Shown here piece by piece: positions 56,297 to 64,000 of a DNA stretch of 64,000 nt (its first letter is position 1; each line of letters starts with the position of its first letter). Position numbers and translations under genes: made by a program. The stretch spans positions 1,056,001 through 1,120,000 of the forward strand of contig CAVPCT010000003.1 of NCBI GenBank assembly GCA_963702475.1, read 5' to 3'. This DNA comes from an uncultured Thermoleophilia bacterium. GTDB taxonomy: Bacteria > Actinomycetota > Thermoleophilia > UBA2241. The notes under the pieces were generated by a model. The model did not search any database. It had not been told where the DNA came from and saw only the letters and a program-made list of their open reading frames with translations.

Positions 56297-57573
56297 CGGG
56301 ATCCCTCCGCGCTCCGCGCGTCGCTCTCCAGCAACTGCGCGGCCTCGTGTACGTCCTTGTCGCCGCGCCCGGACAGGTTGACGATGACCAGGTCGCCCTC
56401 GGCGAAGCGCGTCTTTGCCGGGTCGAGCTCCTCGTTCTGACCGTCGATGGTGAAGCGCCCCGTGGCCGACGGCGACGGGGCGGTGGCCGGCGAGGCGCTG
56501 GGCCCGCGCAGCACGTACGCCACCGCGTGGGCGCTCTCCAACGCCGGGATGATGCCTTCGAGCTCCGCGAGCATGCGGAAGGCGGCCAGCGCCTCGGCGT
56601 CGGTGGCGGCCGCGTAGCGGGCCCGGCCGGAGTCCTTGAGCCACGAGTGCTCCGGCCCCACGCCCGGGTAGTCGAGGCCGGCCGACACGGAGTGGGCCTC
56701 GGCCACCTGGCCCCAGGCATCCTGCAGAAGGTAGCTGTACGAGCCGTGCAGCACGCCGGGCTTGCCGGCCGCGAGCGGCGCGCCGTGTCTGCCCTGCAGC
56801 CCCTCGCCCGCCGCCTCCACGCCCGTCAGCCTCACCGGCAGGTGGCGGAAGGCGTGGAAGATGCCCATGGCGTTGGAGCCGCCGCCCACACAGGCCACGA
56901 CCTCGTCGGGCAGGTGCCCGTAGCGCTCGCGCACCTGGGAGATGGCTTCGGCGCCGATGACCGCCTGGAAATCCCGCACCATGGCCGGGTACGGCGCCGG
57001 GCCGGCCACCGAGCCGATGCAGTAGAACGTGTGGGCGACGTTGGTCACCCAGTCGCGAAGGGCCTCGTTCATGGCGTCCTTCAGGGTGCGGGACCCGCTC
57101 TCCACCGGGATGACGGTGGCGCCGAGCAGGCGCATGCGGACCACGTTGAGCTCCTGCCTGCGCACGTCCTCGCTGCCCATGTACACGGCGCACTCGAGAC
57201 CCAGGAGCGCGCAGGCCGTGGCCGTGGCCACGCCGTGCTGACCGGCGCCCGTCTCCGCGATGACGCGCGTCTTGCCCATGCGCCTGGCGAGGAGCGCCTG
57301 GCCGAGGACGTTGTTGATCTTGTGCGCGCCGGTGTGGCAGAGGTCCTCGCGCTTGAGCAGGACGGTCGCGCCGCAGCGCTCACTCAGGCGCGGCGCGCGG
57401 TACAGCGGAGTGGGCCGGCCGGCGTAGTCGGTGAGCAGGCGCGTGAGCTCGGCCTGGAAAGCGTTCTCGCCGCGTGCCTCCTCATAGGCCGCCGCCAGCT
57501 CGTCGAGCGCCGGGATGAGCGTCTCGGGCACGTAGCGGCCCCCGTAGGGCCCGAATCTGGTCTCGACCGTCAT
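56293..57573 (-). CDS. trpB: Tryptophan synthase beta
   Basis: [53 protein letters not shown]. Confidence 0.98.
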   Translation of the reverse strand: MTVETRFGPYGGRYVPETLIPALDELAAAYEEARGENAFQAELTRLLTDYAGRPTPLYRAPRLSERCGATVLLKREDLCHTGAHKINNVLGQALLARRMGKTRVIAETGAGQHGVATATACALLGLECAVYMGSEDVRRQELNVVRMRLLGATVIPVESGSRTLKDAMNEALRDWVTNVAHTFYCIGSVAGPAPYPAMVRDFQAVIGAEAISQVRERYGHLPDEVVACVGGGSNAMGIFHAFRHLPVRLTGVEAAGEGLQGRHGAPLAAGKPGVLHGSYSYLLQDAWGQVAEAHSVSAGLDYPGVGPEHSWLKDSGRARYAAATDAEALAAFRMLAELEGIIPALESAHAVAYVLRGPSASPATAPSPSATGRFTIDGQNEELDPAKTRFAEGDLVIVNLSGRGDKDVHEAAQLLESDARSAEGSR

Positions 57574-58205
57574 GAAGCGGCACCTCCGGTGTGGTCGGCG
57601 GCCGCGACGGCCCCGAAGAACGAGCGCATCAGTCTACGCTCTTTGACGCCCGGCGTGCGCTCGATGCCACTGCTCACGTCCACGGCGAACGGGTGCAGCA
57701 GGTGGATGGCGCCGTCGACGTTGGACGGCTTGAGCCCGCCGGCGAGGACGAGGCGCTCGCGGGGCAGCTTCGCGGCCGCCAGCGCCTTCCAATCGAGCGT
57801 GTAGCCGGTGCCGCCGTACTGGTCGGGCCTGCGTGCGTCCAGCTGCAGCAGGTCCGCGCCGGCGGCACCGGCGGTGTCGGCGGCGGCGATGAGGCGCGGC
57901 CGCAGGCCGCGCCTCTCCAGCGCCGCCCGCACTTCCGGCACCGACGGGCCGTCCTCGCCGGCCGACAGCTGCACCGCGCCGAACCCGCCCTGCTCCACGG
58001 CCGCGGCGATCCACTCGGGGGTCTCCGTGGTGACCACGGCGACGGCCAGCGACTCCTCCGTCAGGGGGGTGAACTCGGCGGCGCGTGCCGCATCGATGTG
58101 GCGCGGGCCGCGAGAGATGACGAAGCCGCAGGCCCATGCCCCGCAGGAGACCGCGAGCCGCACGTCGGCCTCCCGCGTGAGGCCGCAGATCTTGATGTGC
58201 GTCAC
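57570..58205 (-). CDS. trpF: Phosphoribosylanthranilate isomerase
   Basis: [26 protein letters not shown]. Confidence 0.93.
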   Translation of the reverse strand: MTHIKICGLTREADVRLAVSCGAWACGFVISRGPRHIDAARAAEFTPLTEESLAVAVVTTETPEWIAAAVEQGGFGAVQLSAGEDGPSVPEVRAALERRGLRPRLIAAADTAGAAGADLLQLDARRPDQYGGTGYTLDWKALAAAKLPRERLVLAGGLKPSNVDGAIHLLHPFAVDVSSGIERTPGVKERRLMRSFFGAVAAADHTGGAAS

Positions 58206-59023
58206 GCGGCGCCGTCCGGTCCCACGCAGCGGAGCGCCGCGACGGCGCCGGCCAGGCGGTCGTGCGGCGTGCTGACCAGCGCCTCGCCCACGAGGATCGC
58301 CTGGGCGCCGGCGTCGCGCACGCGTCTCGCCTCTCCCGGCGAGTGGATGCCGCTCTCGCTCACGAAGATGACGCAGCGCCCTATGATGGCGCCGAGCTCC
58401 TCGCTGACGGCCAGATCGACGTCCAGCGTGCGCAGGTCGCGGTTGTTCACGCCGATGATGGAGGCGCCCACTGCGTAGGCGCGCTCGAGGTCGTCGGCAG
58501 TGTGAACTTCGACGAGGGCGTCGAGGCCGCAGTCGTGACACTCGTGCAGCAGGGCGCGCAGAGAACCTGCCGGGAGGGCGGCCGCGATGAGCAGCACGGC
58601 CGCCGCACCTGCGTCCGCGGCCTCCCAGACCTGGTACGGGTCGACGATGAAGTCCTTGCGCAGCACGGGGATCCGGACCGCTGTCGCGACGGCGCGAAGG
58701 TCGTCCATGGAGCCGCCGAAGCGGAACGGCTCGGTGAGCACCGAGACGGCGTCGGCGCCGGCGGCCTCGTAGGCCATGGCCTGCTTGACGGCGTCGAGTT
58801 CCGGGGCGATGTCACCCTTGCTGGGCGAGCGGCGCTTGACCTCGGCGATGATCGCCAGCGGCTCGGGCCGCATGGCCGCGCGGGCGTCTTCGGAGGGCGC
58901 GGCGAGCGCGTTGCGGAAACGCCGCGGCTGGGGCGGGTCCGCGGGCGGCCACAGCGGGCGCTCTGTGCGCGCCGCCTCCGCCCGCTGCGCCGAGCTCTGG
59001 ATCATCTCGAAGAGGAAGTCCAT
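58202..59023 (-). CDS. trpC: Indole-3-glycerol phosphate synthase
   Basis: IIAEVKRRSPSKG, SVLTE, LRKDF, VEVH, GVNNRDL, SESGI. Confidence 0.96.
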   Translation of the reverse strand: MDFLFEMIQSSAQRAEAARTERPLWPPADPPQPRRFRNALAAPSEDARAAMRPEPLAIIAEVKRRSPSKGDIAPELDAVKQAMAYEAAGADAVSVLTEPFRFGGSMDDLRAVATAVRIPVLRKDFIVDPYQVWEAADAGAAAVLLIAAALPAGSLRALLHECHDCGLDALVEVHTADDLERAYAVGASIIGVNNRDLRTLDVDLAVSEELGAIIGRCVIFVSESGIHSPGEARRVRDAGAQAILVGEALVSTPHDRLAGAVAALRCVGPDGAA

Positions 59024-60072
59024 CAGGCGGCGCTCTCCGCGTGCAGGCGCTGCGTGGCGGCGACGAGGGCGTCGAGCTTGGCGCGCGCGGCGCCGGAGGC
59101 GACGGCCGCGCGCGCCTTCTCCACGCCCTCGGCGATGCTGCCCGCCGCCTCGGCGATGAACAGCGCCGCCCCGGCGTTGAGCAGCACGATGTCCAGCCGC
59201 GGGCCGGGCACGCCGTCCAGCACGTCACGCACGTGGCCGGCGTTCTCGGCGGCGTCGCCGCCGGCCAGGTCCTCCAAGCGCGCCCGGACGAAGCCGAACT
59301 CCTCGGGCGAGACCTCGTAGCGTACGTCGAAGCCCTGCCCGGCGAAGACCTCCACGACGGCCGTCGGGCAGGTGGTGGAGATCTCGTCGAGGCCGTCGGC
59401 GCTGTGCACGATGAGATTGCGCTCGTTGCCCATCATGCGCACGGCCTGGGCGATGCGCTCCACGTAGCGCGCGTCGGCCACGCCGATGAGCTGGTGGTGG
59501 GCGCCGGCCGGGTTCGTGAGCGGGCCGATGAGGTTGAAGGTGGTGGCCATGCCGAGCTCGCGGCGCACCGGGGCGACGTGCTTCATCGCGAGGTGGTGGC
59601 GCGGCGCGAACATGAAGCCGATGCCCGCCTCGCGGATGCAGGCGCTCACCTGCGCGGGGGCGATGTCGATGACCACGCCGAGCGCCTCCAGCACGTCGGC
59701 GCTGCCGCACTTGCTGGTGGCCGAGCGGTTGCCGTGCTTGGCCACCGTGACACCGGCGCCGGCGGCCACGAGGGCGGCTGCCGTGGAGATGTTGAAGGTG
59801 TGGGCGCCGTCGCCGCCGGTGCCGCAGGTGTCGAGGATGACGTCGGCGTCCACCTCGACCTTCTCGGCCAGTCCGGTCATGGCGCGCGCCATGCCGACGA
59901 TCTCCTCGGCGGTCTCGCCCTTGACGCGCAGGGCGCTGAGAAAGGCGGCCGTCTGGGCTTCGCCGGCACGGCCGCCCATGATCTCCAGCAGCACGTCGCG
60001 GGCCTGCTCCTCCGTGAGGTCGTTACCGAGGGAGAGCTCCTGCAGGGCTGCGCTGAGCACGTCATTCGGCAT
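59023..60072 (-). CDS. trpD: Anthranilate phosphoribosyltransferase
   Basis: DTCGTGGDG..TFNIST, KHGNRS, GSADVL, GLDE. Confidence 0.97.
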   Translation of the reverse strand: MPNDVLSAALQELSLGNDLTEEQARDVLLEIMGGRAGEAQTAAFLSALRVKGETAEEIVGMARAMTGLAEKVEVDADVILDTCGTGGDGAHTFNISTAAALVAAGAGVTVAKHGNRSATSKCGSADVLEALGVVIDIAPAQVSACIREAGIGFMFAPRHHLAMKHVAPVRRELGMATTFNLIGPLTNPAGAHHQLIGVADARYVERIAQAVRMMGNERNLIVHSADGLDEISTTCPTAVVEVFAGQGFDVRYEVSPEEFGFVRARLEDLAGGDAAENAGHVRDVLDGVPGPRLDIVLLNAGAALFIAEAAGSIAEGVEKARAAVASGAARAKLDALVAATQRLHAESAA

Positions 60073-60769
60073 CGCGGCCTCCTTCGTCCGGGTCGGCCGC
60101 GGCGGCCGGGCGCTGCGCCGCGGCGGGCCGCCGCTCCACCTCGTCGCGCCCCATCACGAGGAAGTTGCGCAACAGGTCGAGCCCGACGGCGGTGAGCACG
60201 CTCTCCGGGTGGAACTGCACGCCGTGCACCGGCAGCTCACGGTGGCGCACGCCCATCACGATGCCGTCCTGGTTCCAGGCGGTCAGCTCCAGGCACGACG
60301 GCAGGTGCTCGTCGACGACCAGGGAGTGGTACCGGGTAGCGGTGAACGGGTCGGGCAGCCCGGCGAACACGGCGCGGCCGTCGTGGCTCATCTCGTCGGC
60401 CTTGCCGTGCACCGGGTAGCCGGCGCGGCGCACGGTGCCGCCGTACACCTGGCCGATGGCCTGGTGCCCGAGGCACACGCCGAGCACCGGCAGGTTCTCG
60501 GCTCCGAACCGCCTGATGGCGTCCATGCTGATGCCGGCCTCGTTGGGCGTGCACGGGCCGGGTGAGACCACCAGGTGCGTGGGCTTCTCGGCGGCGATCT
60601 CATCGAGGGTCGTGCGGTCGTTGCGTTTGACGATCGTGTCGGCTCCGAGCTCGCCCAGCTCCTGCACGAGGTTGTAGGTGAACGAGTCATAGTTGTCGAT
60701 CATGAACACCCGCGGGGCCGGGACGACCGGCTCGCGCGGCGCGGGATCGAGGTCGGGCAGCGTGGTCAT
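60062..60769 (-). CDS. trpG: Anthranilate synthase component II
   Basis: IDNYDSFTYNL, SPGPC, GVCLGHQ, RYHSL, GVQFHPES. Confidence 0.96.
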   Translation of the reverse strand: MTTLPDLDPAPREPVVPAPRVFMIDNYDSFTYNLVQELGELGADTIVKRNDRTTLDEIAAEKPTHLVVSPGPCTPNEAGISMDAIRRFGAENLPVLGVCLGHQAIGQVYGGTVRRAGYPVHGKADEMSHDGRAVFAGLPDPFTATRYHSLVVDEHLPSCLELTAWNQDGIVMGVRHRELPVHGVQFHPESVLTAVGLDLLRNFLVMGRDEVERRPAAAQRPAAAADPDEGGRDAE

Positions 60770-62328
60770 TGCGCGAACTCCTCGTGGGCCAGCTCGACGG
60801 CACGAAGCAGTGCCGCCGCCTTGTTGCGGGTCTCCTCGTACTCCGTGGCCGGGTCGGAGTCGGCGACGATACCGGCTCCCGCCTGCAAGTATGCCGTACC
60901 GTCCTTCACGACGACCGTTCGGATGCAGATGCAGGTGTCCAGGTCGCCGCCGTAGCTCAGGTACCCGATGGCGCCGGCGTAGGGGCCGCGGCGCACCGTC
61001 TCGAGCTCGTCGAGGATCTGCATGGCGCGGACCTTGGGAGCGCCGCTCACGGTGCCGGCGGGGAAGGCCGCCTTGAGCGCGTCGATGGGCGCGCATTCCG
61101 GCGCCAGCGTGCCGCGCACGCTCGAGACCATGTGGATGACGTGCGAGTACAGTTCCATGCTCATGAACTCCTCGAGGCGCACGGTGCCCGGCACGCACAC
61201 GCGCCCGAGGTCGTTGCGCCCGAGGTCGACGAGCATGACGTGCTCGGCGCGCTCCTTCTCGTCGGCCAGCAGGTCGGCGGTGAGCGCCTTGTCCTCGGCC
61301 GCGGTCGCACCGCGACGCCGCGTGCCGGCTATGGGGCGCGTCTCCACCTCGCCGTTCTGGACGGTGATGAGGGGCTCGGGGCTGGAACCGCAGAGGGCGA
61401 AGTCGTCGAAGGCGATGTAGTACAGGTACGGGCTCGGGTTGACCGCGCGCAGGCCGCGGTAGACGGAGAAGGGCGCGACGTCGACCGGCGTGCTGAAGCG
61501 CTGGCTGAGCACGACCTGGAAGGCGTCGCCGGCGTGGATGTACTCACGGATGCGCTCCACGCCGGACTCGTACTGCTCGCGGGTCAGCGACGACGTCACC
61601 GGGCGGGCCTGCGGCGGCCCGGCGGCGTCCGGGGCGGACGGCGCGGCGCCGCCCTCGACGTCGTCGTCCTCGGCGAGGCCGTAGGCGCTCGCCGGGAGCG
61701 GCGCGAGCAGCTTCTCCTTGACGGCCGCGATGCGCGCGACGGCCCGTTCGTACGGGCCGTCCACGTCGCGGCCCTCCACGAACGCGTTGGCGACCACCGT
61801 GATGCGGTGCTTGAGGTGGTCGAACACGAGCACGGTGTCGGCCAGCAGGAAGGCCATCTGCGGCAGGCCGAGGTCGTCCGGCGGCGCGTCGGGCAGGTCC
61901 TCCAGCCGCCGCACCAGGTCGTAGCCGAAGTAGCCGACCAGGCCGCCGGCCAGCGGGGGCAGGGCGGCGTCGCCGAGCGCCCCGGGCGCCGGCGGCCGGT
62001 AGCTGCTGATGAGGTCGGCGGCGGCCGCGAACGGGTCGGCGTGCTCGACCTCGAGGCGGTCGCCGTTCTCCTGCACCGTCAGGCGCCCGTCCCGGTAGGT
62101 CACGAGGGCGCGGGCGCCGACCCCCAGAAACGAGTAGCGGCCCAGGTGCTGCCCCTGCTCGGCGCTCTCGAGCAGGAAGGCGCGCCGCGGCGCGCCGAGC
62201 TTGAGGAACGCGGAGACGGGGGTCTCGAGGTCGGAGACGAACGAGTGGGTGATGGGCAGGACGTTATGCGCCAGTGCGAGGCGGCGCGCCTCGACTAGCT
62301 GCGGTAGTACCCGTATGTCCTTTGCCAC
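60766..62328 (-). CDS. trpE: Anthranilate synthase component I (start uncertain, see findings)
   Basis: FLLES, GRYSF, NPSPY, PIAGT, EHVMLVDLGRND, FPAGTVSGAPK, QAGAGIVADS. Confidence 0.97.
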   Translation of the reverse strand: MAKDIRVLPQLVEARRLALAHNVLPITHSFVSDLETPVSAFLKLGAPRRAFLLESAEQGQHLGRYSFLGVGARALVTYRDGRLTVQENGDRLEVEHADPFAAAADLISSYRPPAPGALGDAALPPLAGGLVGYFGYDLVRRLEDLPDAPPDDLGLPQMAFLLADTVLVFDHLKHRITVVANAFVEGRDVDGPYERAVARIAAVKEKLLAPLPASAYGLAEDDDVEGGAAPSAPDAAGPPQARPVTSSLTREQYESGVERIREYIHAGDAFQVVLSQRFSTPVDVAPFSVYRGLRAVNPSPYLYYIAFDDFALCGSSPEPLITVQNGEVETRPIAGTRRRGATAAEDKALTADLLADEKERAEHVMLVDLGRNDLGRVCVPGTVRLEEFMSMELYSHVIHMVSSVRGTLAPECAPIDALKAAFPAGTVSGAPKVRAMQILDELETVRRGPYAGAIGYLSYGGDLDTCICIRTVVVKDGTAYLQAGAGIVADSDPATEYEETRNKAAALLRAVELAHEEFAQ

Positions 62329-62339
62329 GGGCCAACCAT
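62295..62339 (-). CDS. Candidate leader peptide MVGPWQRTYGYYRS overlapping the trpE start out of frame
   Basis: GGAGG 6 nt before ATG 62339; 1 Trp and 3 Tyr in 14 codons. Confidence 0.5.
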   Translation of the reverse strand: MVGPWQRTYGYYRS

Positions 62340-62404
62340 GTGACACCTCCGGGTGAGCACTGGGCCCATCATCACGTGCTGCCGTTTCGGCAGCTTGCCC
62401 GCGA

Positions 62405-62434
62405 ACCGTAGGACAGGGGGCGGGGGGCTGTCAA
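62405..62434 (-). promoter_or_regulatory. Putative trp operon promoter
   Basis: Minus strand TTGACA-18nt-TACGGT, just downstream of the vapC stop. Confidence 0.6.
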
Positions 62435-62440
62435 CCTTCC

Positions 62441-62848
62441 TCAGCCGTCGGCCGCGAGGCACCAATCGTCGAGCCGCAGGCCGCTGACGCGCGCGAAGTG
62501 GGCGCGGTTGTGGGTGACGAGTGTGAGGTTGTGCACCAGGGCGCATGCGGCGATTCCCAGGTCGAAGTCATCGAGACTCATGCCGTCGCTGTCGAGTTGG
62601 GCCTTCAGCGCGCCGAAGACCTCGGCCGTGTCTGGCTGCAGATCCCAGACCGTGACGGCCTTCTCGAGGGCACGCACCCTGCCCAGGTTGCCGGCCACCT
62701 GCTGCGATCTGAAGGCTCCGTTGTACAGCTCCATGAGGGTGACGACGCTCACGCCCAGCTGGTCGTTGGCGTGCAGACTCAGATTGCCGAGGACCTCCGG
62801 CTTGCCCTTCAGGGCGTAGATCATGGTGTCGGTGTCGAGCAGGAACAT
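62441..62848 (-). CDS. vapC: PIN-domain toxin of a type II TA system
   Basis: FLLDTD, MELY.GA, DFDLGIAA.AL..LVTHN..HF. Confidence 0.93.
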   Translation of the reverse strand: MFLLDTDTMIYALKGKPEVLGNLSLHANDQLGVSVVTLMELYNGAFRSQQVAGNLGRVRALEKAVTVWDLQPDTAEVFGALKAQLDSDGMSLDDFDLGIAACALVHNLTLVTHNRAHFARVSGLRLDDWCLAADG

Positions 62849-63139
62849 CTACAGCGCAGGCTTGGTGCCGGCATTGCGCCGCGTTGATCTGAGATCCGCG
62901 ATGATGTCGTCGGCGTCGCGCGGGTCGTCCCAGGACCCCGCCAGACCGAGGAGCCCTCGGGCTGAGGTGCCGGCGACGAGCTGATCCTCCCTGCGCGCCA
63001 GGTGCTCCTCGATGAGGTGCAACACCTCCTGACTGATGGAGCGATGGTCGGTCGCTGCCATCTGCCTGAGGCGCGCATAGAGCGCGTCGTCGATTCCCTT
63101 GATCTGCAGGATCGCCATGACATCCTCGTTCTTGCCCAT
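62849..63139 (-). CDS. Antitoxin with FitA-like ribbon-helix-helix N-terminus
   Basis: LQIKGIDDALYARL..A..HRSISQEV, LAGSW; abuts vapC; alternative start 63118. Confidence 0.85.
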   Translation of the reverse strand: MGKNEDVMAILQIKGIDDALYARLRQMAATDHRSISQEVLHLIEEHLARREDQLVAGTSARGLLGLAGSWDDPRDADDIIADLRSTRRNAGTKPAL

Positions 63140-63360
63140 GTTCCCTCGCGGTCATTCATAGTACATGCGACTTCATGAACATGCACGTGGATGAGGGCAC
63201 TCCTCGCTCGTGAGCATAGGACCTGGCGCGGGCGAGGTCTGCGGGTGACATGGCCGGAAGGGGTGACGTTGGCTGCCTCAGCGGGACACAGCGCGCGCGG
63301 GGGTGACGGACGCGCCGCTCCCGGCGACCGCGTGACGGAGAAGCTGTCGAGCGCGCGTCG

Positions 63361-63680
63361 GCCCAGCTGCTGCGTGAGCGACTTCTCGTCAGCGGAGACC
63401 CTCAGGCCGGCGAGCGCCCCGTTCACGAGGACGAGTTGCGGCGGCAGGTGACCGATGTCCATGTCGTAGACGACCGGGATGTCGAGGCCGCCGAGCGCGT
63501 CCTCCAGGGCGGCCCGGGGTGTGAGCTCGCGCAGGTCCTGTGCTGCCGTGCGCCCGATCAGCAACGCGTTCGCGTGGCGGAACCACCCGGCCAAACGCAG
63601 GTGGTGGAGCATGCGGCAGTACTGGGCGGGGTCGAAGTCGCAGTTGTCGAGGTAGAACAGCAGGCCCTCCGGCGCCGCCC
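63361..63680 (-). pseudogene. C-terminal remnant of an S66 (LD-carboxypeptidase/MccF) peptidase
   Basis: LLFYLDN, RMLHHLRLAGWF, IPVVYDMDIGHLPPQL..NG; no N-terminal Ser-nucleophile domain and no nearby stop. Confidence 0.7.
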
Positions 63681-63701
63681 GCTGAAGCCGGCGCGGCTGC
63701 G

Positions 63702-64000
63702 TCAGGAGGCGCGCCGCTCGGCGATGGCGCGACGGATGAGCCTCACGCCCTCCGCCGCGTCGTTCGCCCACAGGTCGGCGCCGGTGTGGCGGCGCATCTG
63801 CTCGTCCACGATGCCGCCGCCGATGATCACCGGCACGTCGCGGCCGAGGTCGCGTGAGACGTCGCGCAGCACGTCGACGGTGTCATTCATGCCGGCGGTG
63901 GCGACGCTGAGCAGGCCGGAGAGTCCGACGATGTCCGGCCTAAGCCGGCGTACCTGCCGCGCCACCTCGTCCGGCTGCACGTCGACGCCCAGGTCGTGCA
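63702..64000 (-). CDS. Cobalamin (B12)-binding domain protein, corrinoid-protein-like (5' truncated by window edge)
   Basis: DLGVDV, DIVGLSGLL, VIIGGG, GAD.WANDA.EG. Confidence 0.88.
   Translation of the reverse strand, partial: HDLGVDVQPDEVARQVRRLRPDIVGLSGLLSVATAGMNDTVDVLRDVSRDLGRDVPVIIGGGIVDEQMRRHTGADLWANDAAEGVRLIRRAIAERRAS

Noticed and set aside
62370-62402. Minus-strand GGCAAGCTGCCGAAACGGCAGCACG resembling the start of a c-di-GMP-I riboswitch
   Set aside because: Only a simple hairpin with GAAA; the GCAAA/GACGCAAAG junction and the second stem with tetraloop receptor are not visible.

Overview
High-GC bacterial chromosome segment, most consistent with a deep-branching Actinomycetota lineage such as Thermoleophilia. 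This is an inference from gene order, separate hisA/trpF genes, an LAXTG sorting signal and anaerobe-type redox genes. Most of the window is core genome: hisH-hisA-hisF, tsaC, phzF-like, rpiB, glyA, dCMP deaminase, wecA-like, a complete F1Fo operon, murA, a cell-envelope glycan block, ahcY-mtnA, comF-hpf-secA-prfB, a DEAD-box helicase, tRNA-Val(GAC), trpEGDCFBA and vapBC. Four conserved genes (atpA, murA, ahcY, mtnA) each carry one extra base, which looks like sequencing error; prfB has the genuine programmed frameshift. Most interesting: (1) a strongly SD-led 14-codon Trp/Tyr-rich ORF that overlaps the start of trpE out of frame, with its Trp codon sitting on the trpE GTG; (2) a ~52-nt hairpin repeat family in six copies at three loci, each locus anchored on a stop codon; (3) an 8.5-kb regulated redox module (atypical FAD oxidoreductase, Fe-S/CCG partner, 67-aa orphan, ETF, membrane ETF:quinone oxidoreductase) of unknown substrate; (4) an LCP / pseudo-LCP / LAFTG surface protein / O-antigen-ligase-TPR block that may be a surface-protein glycosylation system; (5) a catalytically eroded PNP-like ORF ahead of ahcY-mtnA. 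All calls come from reading motifs by eye; no searches were run.
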